A stretch of 64,000 bases of DNA from assembly GCA_030390025.1 (NCBI GenBank), contig JASTWF010000335.1, positions 124,001 through 188,000 of the forward strand. Direction: 5' to 3'. The DNA is from Squalus acanthias (lineage: Eukaryota). Positions 55,245 through 64,000 of this stretch are shown here, piece after piece (positions within the stretch are counted from its first letter, which is position 1; every line of letters begins with the position of its first letter). The notes beneath the pieces are model-generated. The model saw only the letters and a list, made by a program, of their open reading frames with translations, ran no database searches and was not told the origin of the DNA. Made by a program: the position numbers and the translations under genes.

Positions 55245-55815
55245 TCTTAAGGGAATCAAGAGATCGGATGGGAAAGTGGAGTCGAGGTGGATGATCAGCC
55301 ATGATCTTATTGAATGGCGGAGCAGGCTCGAGGGGATGTATGGCCTACTCCTGCTCCTATTTCTGACATATGAGGAGAGATTGGGTCGATTGGGCTTATA
55401 CTCGCTGGAGTATAGAAGAATGAGAGGGGATCTCATCGAAACATATAAAATTCTGACAGGACTGGACAGACTACATGCAGGAAGAATGTTCCCGATGGTT
55501 GGAGAGTCCAGAACCAGGGGTCACAGTCTAAGGATAAGGGGTAAGCCATTTAGGACTGAGATGAGGAAGAATTTCTTCACCCAGAGAGTGGTGAACCTGT
55601 GGAATTCTCTACCACAGAAGGCAGTTGAGGCCAAGTCATTAAATATATTCAAGAATGAGTTGGATATATTTCTTAAAGCTAAAGGGATCAAGGGATATGG
55701 GGAGAAGGCAGGGACAGGGTACTGAGTTTGGATGATCAGCCATGATCTCATCGAATGGCGGAGCAGGCTCGAGGGGCCGAATGGCCTACTCCTGCTCCTA
55801 TCTTCTATGTTTCTA
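55245..55815 (+). mobile_element. Two abutting CR1 3' ends: an older UTR fragment (55245-55362) and a young HER1-like copy (55363-55815)
   Basis: The first part resembles 50865-50990. The second is near-identical to 57832-58280 (YEERLGRLGLYSLEYRRMRGDL...GYGEKAGTGY*). Confidence 0.9.
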
Positions 55816-56041
55816 AGGTTCTTCTTCCCCTGCTCAATGCTCCCAAGTTGTCTAATCCCAGGTTTACCGTTTCACACGCTGGAGAACCTTTTAACTTAAA
55901 TGAACATTTAAGGCAGGCGACAGTTACTGAAGAGAACGAATTATTTGTCTGTCCCACCACCCCCCGCCCGCGTCTTCTGCAGATTGCACGTTAACCGCTC
56001 AAGGTCAAGCGAGTCCGATCGGGCTCTTGCGGCGCCCAGCT

Positions 56042-56079
56042 TCAGTGCTGACTGATCGAATGCCTCTGGGAACTCTTCA
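56042..56079 (-). CDS. Candidate terminal coding exon of gene B, option 1 (phase 1: VKSSQRHSISQH*)
   Basis: Acceptor ttaatccttttAG in non-repeat DNA, with a short open phase-1 frame. No homology support. Confidence 0.25.
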
Positions 56080-56282
56080 CTAAAAGGATTAACACGGAGA
56101 TTGCTTACAGTTATATTTAACAAGTGCGCCTCAGCACAGTTACCCTCCCTCCCCCAACCCGTCACGAGAGGCCCTCGCCACACTTGCTGCTCTACGGACC
56201 TCTGGTTCACAGCTGGGCCTGTGGGCCATGCTAACCATTCAACAACCAAGTGCATTTATTCAGCGCCTTTAAGCATATCTCC

Positions 56283-57095
56283 TCATGGCTGGAGAAGAAT
56301 TGGGAGGGGGAGGATCCAGTTGTCGTGGTCCACGTAGGAACCAACGACATAGGTAGAACTAGGAATGAGGTTCTGCTGAGGGAGTTTGAGGAGCTCGGGT
56401 CCAAATTAGAATGCAGAACCTTTGTTTTATTCGTTTTTATGGGATGTTGGCGTCGCTGGCAAGGCCAGCATTTATTGCCCGTCCCTAGTTGCCCTTGAGA
56501 AGGTGGTGGTGAGGCGCCTTCTTGAACTGCTGCAGTCCGTGTGGTGAAGGTACTCCCACAGTGCTGTTAGGGAGGGAGTTCCAGGATTTTGACCCAGCGA
56601 CGATGAAGGATCGGCGATATACTTCTAAGTCAGGATGGTGTGTGACTTGGACGGGAACTTGGAGGTGGTGGTGTTCCCATGCGCCTGCTGCCCTTGTCCT
56701 TCTAGGTGGAAGAGGTCGCGGGTTTGGGAGGTGCTGCCGAAGAAGCCTTGGCGAGTTGCTGCAGTGCATCTTGTAGATGGTACACACTGCAGCCACGGTG
56801 CGCCGGTGGTGGAGGGAGTGAATGTTTAAGGTGGTGGATGGGGTGCCAATCAACCTCAAAGGTAATAATCTCTGGATTGATACCTGAGCCACGCACAAAT
56901 TGGCATCGGGACAAACAGGTTAGATGCACGGCTGAAAGAGTGGTGTGGGAGGAAGGGGTTTTGCTTCTTGGGCCACTGGCACCAGTACTGGGGAAAGAGG
57001 GAGCTGTTCTGTTGCGACGGGCTCCACTTAAACCGGGCTGGGACCACTGTCCTGGCGAATCGAATAACTAGGGCTGTAGATAGGGCTTTAAACTA
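56283..57095 (+). mobile_element. CR1 LINE ORF1 fragment with an SGNH/esterase domain, split by a nested insertion
   Basis: VVVVHVGTNDIG (GxND block), SKVIISGLIP, and DGLHLNRAG (DxxH block) ending ALN*. Confidence 0.8.
56422..56851 (-). mobile_element. 3' end of a different non-LTR retrotransposon (CR1/L2 group) nested in the ORF1 fragment
   Basis: Minus-strand IHSLHHRRTVAAVCTIYKMH. Tail gggcaataaatgctggccttgccagcgacg plus A-rich end. 5-bp direct repeat aacct at 56417-56421 and 56852-56856. Confidence 0.85.
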
Positions 57096-57159
57096 AAAGG
57101 GGTGGGGGGGGGCGGGGGGGTCAGATGAGGGGAAATTTAGAAATCTAAAGTGAAAAGTC

Positions 57160-57265
57160 AAGGCGATGGAGGGATTTGAACACGAGAATTGGAGAATTTT
57201 CGAAGCGAGGTGTTGCCGGACCGGGAGCGAGCACAGTGATGCGGGGCGGGGGGATGATGGGTGAT
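57160..57265 (-). mobile_element. Small L2 LINE ORF2 fragment
   Basis: Minus-strand remnants of the PITPVL..LHWLPV..RI.FKILILVFKSLH motif. Confidence 0.55.
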
Positions 57266-57327
57266 TCCAACGGGGCAAAGGCTGGGGGCAACCTCCACAC
57301 TGCAGGGGAGGCCTCAGCTTTGTGACT

Positions 57328-58283
57328 GGGAACTAAATGTAATATCTCCAAGTTTGCAGATGACACAAAGCTGGGTGGGCGTGTGTGCTGTGAGGAGGAT
57401 ACCGAGGAACTCCAGGATGATTTGGACAGGTTGGGTGATTGGGCAGAAGCGTGGCAGATGCAATATAACGTGGATAAATGCGAGGTTATCCACTTTGGTG
57501 TCAAAAACAGAAAGGCAGTCTATTATCTGAATGGCAATAGATTGGGAGAAGGGGAAGTGCCATGAGACCTGGGTGTCCTTGTGCACCAGTCGCTGAAGGT
57601 AAGCATGCAGGTGCAGCAGGCGGTTAAGAAGGCAAATGGTATGTTGGCCTTCATAGCGAAAGGGTTTGAGTGCAGGAACAGGGATGTCCTGCTGCAGTTG
57701 TACAGGGCCTTGGTGAGACCACACCTTGAGTACTGTGTGCAGTTTTGGTCGCCTTATCTGAGGAAGGATGTTCTTGCCATGGAGGGAGTGCAGCGAAGAT
57801 TCACAAGGCTGATACCTGGGATGGCAGGAATGACATATGAGGAGAGATTGGGTCGATTGGGCTTATACTCGCTGGAGTATAGAAGAATGAGAGGGGATCT
57901 CATCGAAACATATAAAATTCTGACAGGTCTGGACAAACTAGATGCAGGAAGAATGTTCCCGATGGTCGGAGAGTCCAGAACCAGGGGTCATAATCTAAGG
58001 ATAAGGGGTAAGCCATTTAGGACTGAGATGAGGAAGAATTTCTTCACCCAGAGAGTGGTGAACCTGTGGAATTCTCTACCACAGAAGGTAGTTGAGGCCA
58101 AGTCATTAAATATATTCAAGAAGGATTTAGATATATTTCTTAAAGCTAAAGGTATCAAGGGATATGGGGAGAAAGCAGGGACAGGGTACTGAGTTTGGAT
58201 GATCAGCCATGATCTCATCGAATAACGGAGCAGGCTAGAGGGGTCGAATGGCCTACTCCTGCTCCTATCTTCTATGTTTCTAT
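57328..58283 (+). mobile_element. Young 5'-truncated HER1/CR1 LINE (RT C-terminus plus 3' UTR)
   Basis: KFADDTKLGG, WQMQYNVDKCEVIHFG and a 203-aa open C-terminus, with one premature stop at ~57563. Tail ttctatgtttctatg. Confidence 0.95.
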
Positions 58284-58416
58284 GACTGCTCATTTAGACG
58301 TAACCTCGAGCTTGCCGAGCGAGGGCAGGGGGGTTGCGTAAAACAGGACTTCTGGTGACAAAACAGTTTGGAGGTGAAAGCCCCCGGCAGCGCCGGTGTC
58401 CCTGGCTCTATCTTAC

Positions 58417-58528
58417 CGTGAAACTCGTGCATGAGGAGCATACAGTGAAGGAACAAAACCAAAGCGGCGATGACAAACTCCAGTCCGCACAGCAGCATGA
58501 GGAAGAAGAGCAAGAGCATGGGCGCCAT
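58417..58528 (-). CDS. MS4A-like gene B (convergent paralog), TM4 exon: MAPMLLLFFLMLLCGLEFVIAALVLFLHCMLLMHEFH
   Basis: Minus-strand acceptor cttttgttttgcAG and donor CG|GTAAGA. 112 bp, phase 0/1. Aligns without gaps to the gene A TM4 exon (P, FLM, LEFVIA, L, LL shared). Confidence 0.75.
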
Positions 58529-58904
58529 CTGCAAAACAAAAGGTGGGACAGCGCCCCCCCCGCGGGCCCCTCGTCAGTCTGGGACCTCTGCTCGTCCCTT
58601 GTCTGGCCAGTGATCCCACCCCAGCCACATCTCGTTCAACAGCTGGCGGGGGCCAGTTGGTTATATTTGCCACCTTCTTCTCCGCCTCTCGCTGGGAGGA
58701 CGGATTCCAGCCTCGAACGTGGAGGGGGGACTGAGCCAGTCTCCGACCTCGCACGCTAGCACATTGCACGTTTCAGACAGCGATCGGAAGCAGGAATCCT
58801 GGCTGCTTTTACACCTTCCGAATGGAATGGATGCTGAGTGCCGATGCAGCTACTCGACTGACCCCCCTGCCCCCAAACCCAGCCCCATGGCTCCAGGCCT
58901 CTCC

Positions 58905-59031
58905 CTGTGGATGCATTGGTTGTCATCTTCCAAAATTGAATAGATTATGGAACCGTTCCTGCAGATTGGAGGATGGCAAATATAACCCCACTATTTAAAA
59001 ATGGAGGGAGAGAGAAAACGGGGAACTACAG
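58905..59031 (+). mobile_element. CR1 ORF2 internal fragment
   Basis: VDALVVIFQN..VPADWRMANITPLFKNGGREKTGNY, homologous to 49170-49295. Confidence 0.85.
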
Positions 59032-59343
59032 CCTCTCTCCCCCAGTCTCTCTCTCTCTCAACCCAGCACTGTCTCTCTCTCCCCCAGCACTGTCTCTCTC
59101 TCTCCCCCAGCACTGTCTGTCTCTCTCTCTCCCCCAGCACTGTCTCTCTCTCTCCCCCAGCACTGTCTCTCTCTCTCTCTCCCCAGCACTGTCTCTCTCT
59201 CTCCCCCAGCACTGTCTCTCTCTCTCTCCCCCAGCACTGTCTCTCTCTCTCTCTCCCCCAGCTCTCTCTCTCTCTCTCTCCCCCAGCACTGTCTCTCTCT
59301 CTCTCTCCCCCAGCACTGTCTCTCTCTCTCCCCCAGCACTGTC
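59032..59343. repeat. Minisatellite CCCCCAGCACTGT(CT)n, variable unit length, running into the gap
   Basis: Read directly. Confidence 0.95.
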
Positions 59344-59543
59344 NNNNNNNNNNNNNNNNNNNNNNNNNNNNNNNNNNNNNNNNNNNNNNNNNNNNNNNNN
59401 NNNNNNNNNNNNNNNNNNNNNNNNNNNNNNNNNNNNNNNNNNNNNNNNNNNNNNNNNNNNNNNNNNNNNNNNNNNNNNNNNNNNNNNNNNNNNNNNNNNN
59501 NNNNNNNNNNNNNNNNNNNNNNNNNNNNNNNNNNNNNNNNNNN
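59344..59543. other. Assembly gap (200 N)
   Basis: Run of N with a round placeholder length. Confidence 1.
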
Positions 59544-59766
59544 GGTGGTAGAAGTTTGGAACTCTCTTCCACAAACAGCAATTGATGCTGGGTCAGTTGT
59601 TAATTTTAAGTCTGAGATTGGTAGATCTTTGTTAAGCCAAAGGTATTAAGGGATATGGGGGCAATGGCGGGTATAAGGAGTTAGGTCACAGATCATCCAT
59701 GATCTCATTGAATAGCGGAACAGGCTCGAGGGGCTAAATGGCCTCCTCCTGTTCCGATGTTCCTAT
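59544..59766 (+). mobile_element. CR1 LINE 3' end
   Basis: tggaactctcttccacaaa...aagggatatgggg...catgatctcattgaa...aggctcgagggg tail. Confidence 0.85.
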
Positions 59767-60129
59767 TGTCAGTACTTATGCTTATGTAAACATGTCACAC
59801 TGCAATTACACTCTCCCACCAGTGGTGGCGCTGTAGCACGTCTCTCTCCCTTGGAGTAACCCCTGTGCTCAAACTAACTCTCAATTTGCTGTCGGTTATG
59901 GCAATTTATCATGGGGCTACTCATAGAATCTGACAGGAACAGAGGAGGCCATTCGATCCATCTTGCCTGTGCCTTTCGAAGAGCTATCCGGTTAGCCCGC
60001 TCCCTACTCCAAGCACCAGATCCCCCTGGTTCCTAACTGGAGAGAAGGTGGCAGGATGGGGGGGGGGGGGGAGGGGCAGGGAGGGAGGGAGGGGGCGTGG
60101 GGTCATCCTATACGTTACGTGATATAAAG

Positions 60130-60865
60130 AATGAATGACTGAATCACAATCACAGAACCATTGAATAACTGACTGAATGAACGCAAGATTCACTGGATCA
60201 CTGATACATTGTATCACTGAATGAATGACTGAATGAATAAATGAAAGATCAGTGAATTACTGAACCAGTGACTCACTGAATGAATGAATGATTCACTGAA
60301 TGAATGAGTGATTCACTGACTGAATGAATGATTCACTGAATGAATGAATGAATGATTCACTGAATCACTGAATGAATGAATGAATGAATGAATGAGTGAT
60401 TCACTGAATGAATGAGTGATTCACTGACTGAATGAATGATTCACTGAATGAATGAATGAATGATTCACTGAATCACTGAATGAATGAATGAATGAGTGAT
60501 TCACTGAATGAATGAATGATTCACTGAATCACTGAATGAATGAATGAATGAGTGATTCACTGACTGAATGAATGATTCACTGAATCACTGAATGAATGAA
60601 TGAGTGATTCACTGACTGAATGAATGATTCACTGAATCACTGAATGAATGAATGAGTCACTGAATGAATGAATGAGTGATTCACTGAATGAATGAATGAT
60701 TCACTGAATCACTGAATGAATGAATGAGTCACTGAATGAATGAATGAGTGATTCACTGAATTAACCAGTGATTCACTGAATCACATTACTGAATGAATCA
60801 AAGAATGAATGACTGAATCAATTAATCAGTTGAATCACTGAACGGCAGAATGAATGAATGACCGA
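60130..60865. repeat. Compound (TGAA)n microsatellite interspersed with TGATTCAC motifs
   Basis: Read directly. Confidence 0.95.
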
Positions 60866-60887
60866 ATCACTTGAAAAACAACAAAAT

Positions 60888-61075
60888 ATGGTGGAGCCAG
60901 ATTCAATCGTAGCTTTCAAAAGGGAATTGGCTAAGTAGCTGAAGGAAAATAATTTGCAGGGCTACGGGGAAAGGGCGGGGGAGTGGGACTAGCTGAAGTG
61001 GTCTTGCAGAGAGCCGGTACGGGCTCGACGGGCCGAATGGCCTCCTTCTGTGCTGTAACCATTCTATGATTCTAT
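60888..61075 (+). mobile_element. CR1 LINE 3' end
   Basis: gagccggtacgggctcgacgggccgaatggcctccttctgtgctgtaacc followed by (attctatg)2. Confidence 0.85.
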
Positions 61076-61254
61076 GCTATTGAGTATGTAAACATGCTGT
61101 GACAAAAAAAACGCATATTATGTCCATGGTTTAGCATTTTCTTTTGTTTCCGAGTCAAAATGTGTTTTTTTTTTTAAGCGGCTGTACTCAAAATGGAGGC
61201 CACCTTGTTTATAACTGTTTGAACGAAACAAAATATTTTGACACACTAACAAAT

Positions 61255-63318
61255 AATTATACAGCATCTTTCACGACCTCAGGACGTCCCAAAGCGCTTA
61301 ACAACAAATCAACTAATGTAGGAAACGCGGAGGCCAATTTGCGCACAATGAACTCCCACAAACAGCAATGTGATAAATGAGCACATCAACGGTTTTAGTG
61401 AAGTTGGTTAGGGGATAAACTTTTGCCCCAGGACATCGGGGAGAACGCACCTGCTCTTCTTACAATCGTGGCTGTGGGATCATTTACACCCACCTGAGAG
61501 GGTAGAATGGGGCCTCGGTATAACGTCTCAACCTGAAAGACGGCACTTCCGAAGGTGCAGCGCTCCCTCAGTACTGTCCCTCTGACAGTGCAGCACTCCC
61601 TCAGTACTGTCCCTCCGACAGTGCAGCACTCCCTCAGTACTGTCCCTCCGACAGTGCAGCACTCCCTCAGTACTGCACCTCCGACAGTGCAGCATTCCCT
61701 CAGTACTGCCCCCTCCGACAGTGCAGCACTCCCTCAGTACTGCCCCTCCGACAGTGCAGCACCCCCTCAGCACTGCCCCTCCGACAGTGCAGCACTCCCT
61801 CAGTACTGCCCCTCCGACAATGCAGCGCTCCCTCAGTACTGCCCCTCCAACAGTGCAGCACTCCCTCAGTACTGCCCCTCCGACAATGCAGCGCTCCCTC
61901 AGTACTGCCCCTCCGACAGTGCAGCACTCCCTCAGTACTGCCCCTCCGACAATGCAGCGCTCCCTCTGTATTGCCCCTCCGACAGTGCGGTGCTCCATCA
62001 GTACTGCCCCTCCGACACTGCAGTGCTCCCTCAGTACTGCCCTTTCGACAGTGCGGCGCTCCCTCAGTACTGCCCCTCCGACATTGCGGTGCTCCCTCAG
62101 TACTGCCCCTCTGACATTGCAGCACTCCCTCAGTACTGCCCCTCCGACAGTGCAGCACTCCCTCAGTACTGCCCCTCCGACAGTGCAGCGCTCCCTCAGT
62201 ACTGACCCTCCGACAGTGCAGCGCTCCCTCAGTACTGGCCCTCCGACAGTGCAGCGCTCCCTCAGTACTGCCCCTCTGACAGTGCAGCGCTCCCTCAGTA
62301 CTGAACCTCCGACAATGCAGCGCTCCCTCAGTACTGCCCCTCCGACAGTGCAGCGCTCCCTCAGTACTGCCCCTCCGACAGTGTAGCACACCCTCAGTAC
62401 TGCACCTCCGACAGTGCAGCATTCCTTCAGTACTGCCCCCTCCGACAGTGCAGCACTCCCTCAGTACTGCCCCTCCGACAGTGCAGCACTCCCTCAGTAC
62501 TGCCCCTCCGACAGTGCAGCACTCCCTCAGTACTGCCCCTCCGACAATGCAGCGCTCCCTCAGTACTGCCCCTCCAATAGTGCAGCGCTCCCTCAGTACT
62601 GACCCTCCGACAGTGCAGCGCTCCCTCAGTATTGCCCCTCCGACAGTGCGGTGCTCCATCAGTACTGCCCCTCCGACACTGCAGCGCTCCCTCAGTACTG
62701 CCCTTTCGACAGTGCGGCGCTCCCTCAGTACTGCCCCTCCGACAGTGCGGTGCTCCCTCAGTACTGCCCCTCTGACATTGCAGCACTCCCTCAGTACTGC
62801 CCCTCCGACAGTGCAGCACTCCCTCAGTACTGCCCCTCCGACAGTGCAGCTCTCCCTCAGTACTGCCCCTCCGACAGTGCAGCGCTCCCTCAGTATTGCC
62901 CCTCCGACAGTGCAGCGCTCCCTCAGTATTGCCCCTCCGACAGTGCGGTGCTCCATCAGTACTGCCCCTCCGACACAGCAGCGCTCCCTCAGTACTGCCC
63001 TTTCGACAGTGCGGCGCTCCCTCAGTACTGCCCCTCCGACAGTGCGGCGCTACTCAGTACTGCCCCTCCGACAGTGCAGCACTCCCTCAGTACTGCCCCT
63101 CCGACAGTGCGGTGCTCCCTCAGTACTGCCCCTCCGACAGTGCAGCGCTCCCTCAGTACTGCCCCTCCGACAGTGCAGCGCACCATCAGTACTGTTCCTC
63201 TGACAGTGCAGCGCTCCATCTGGAGTGTCAGCCTTGAATTTGTGCTCAACTCTCTGGAGTTGGGGGTCAAACCCATGATCCTCGATCTCAGAGGCGAGAG
63301 AGAGTGCTGCCACTGACA
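61255..63318 (-). mobile_element. Second DeuSINE (SacSINE1-like), reverse orientation, with an expanded internal minisatellite
   Basis: Reverse-complement head ...ccagagagttgagcacaaattcaaggctgacactcc, Deu-domain gtgccgtctttcaggttgagacgtt, and tail aagcgctttgggacgtcctgaggtcgtgaaag. Confidence 0.85.
61555..63218 (-). repeat. 33-bp minisatellite, same unit as 45743-47102, ~50 copies
   Basis: Reads CCCTCAGTACTGCCCCTCCGACAGTGCAGCACT on the + strand. Confidence 0.97.
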
Positions 63319-63589
63319 CTGAACTCTGGAACGGGCCGCTGGCTTGTGCGGTGAACCCCGATTCGCTGAATCCCTTCTGGCGCGAGCTGGACCTGCTTCT
63401 GGCTTGTGCCTGAGACCACCTCGGACAAGAGGGAGGTTACTGGTGACGTTAATCAGTGCCAGGGTGATCTCCTAGGCTAAGTTTGCATGGGGTACCGACG
63501 GATATAAAAGGTATTTCTATTCTTGTAATATTCACAGTGAATCAGGGACCATTGGGAGGGAAGGGGATGTGGGGGAGGTAACCCTTCAT

Positions 63590-63861
63590 ACAAATCTTTG
63601 ACGGTGGCTGGGATAATTGATAAGGCGGTTAAGACAATGTGCGGGTTACCTTGCTTTGTAAATAGTGGCATTGAATGCAAAAATAAGGAAGTCATTGCAA
63701 AACCTTTACAAATCTCTGGTTAGGCCTCAGCTGGAGTATTGTGTCCAATTCTTGGCATCGCACTTTCGAAAGGATGTCAAGGCCTTGGAGAGGGTGCAGA
63801 GGAGGTTTACCAGGATGACACCAGAGAAGGCCGAGGGGTGACCCAATAGAGGTTTTAAGAT
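63590..63861 (+). mobile_element. Degraded CR1 LINE fragment
   Basis: LYKSLVRPQLEYCVQF...KDVKALERVQRRFTRM. Confidence 0.85.
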
Positions 63862-64000
63862 TCTTTTTTTTTAATTCGCTTATGGGATGTGGGCAACGCT
63901 GGCAAGGCCGGCATATATTGCCCATCCCTAGTTGCCCTTGAGAAGGTGGTGGTGAGTCGCCTTCTTGAACCGCTGCAGTCCGTGTGGTGAAGGTACTCCC
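63862..64000 (-). mobile_element. 3' end of the same retrotransposon family as 56422-56851, running off the window
   Basis: Poly-T followed by atgggatgtggg...ctggcaaggcc...gcccttgagaaggtggtggtgag, near-identical to 56440-56560. Confidence 0.88.

Noticed and set aside
48693..58283. Functional reverse transcriptase gene
   Set aside because: All ORF2 pieces are truncated, frameshifted or contain stops.
59800..59835. CTCF-like site (tgcaat...ccaccagtggtggcgctg)
   Set aside because: Core spacing does not fit the CCASYAGRKGGCRS consensus. Not supportable without a PWM scan or ChIP data.
61255..63500. The two inverted SINE arrays as relics of the inverted duplication that created genes A and B
   Set aside because: No 57-bp exon lies next to the second SINE head, the flanks are not homologous, and the TM4 exons are much more diverged than the arrays.

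Overview
Vertebrate genomic DNA, almost certainly from a cartilaginous fish, judged by HE1-type V-SINEs, SacSINE1/DeuSINE-type SINEs and HER1/CR1-type LINEs. Bases ~438-45431 are one ~45 kb satellite of a 38-bp unit (TAGATTAGATCAGTATCTCTCTATGGTGTGTCACTCTC, ~1,180 copies). Bases 45.4-64 kb are a mosaic of CR1/L2 LINE fragments, SINEs, two SINE-internal 33-bp minisatellites, a Penelope-like inverted-repeat element with degenerate hammerhead cores, a Harbinger-like MITE, microsatellites and a 200-N gap. Among these repeats are short exons with canonical splice sites that the ORF track mostly misses. Three in-frame + strand exons (45459-45515, 48478-48591, 51220-51329/33) encode the end of TM2, TM3 and TM4 of a divergent MS4A/CD20-like tetraspan protein. 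A - strand exon (58417-58528) encodes the homologous TM4 of a convergent paralog. The satellite therefore appears to lie in an intron of the first gene, ending 27 bp before a splice acceptor. All family assignments come from recalled motifs and were not confirmed by database search. The long ORFs in the track are repeat translations or dead LINE ORF fragments.
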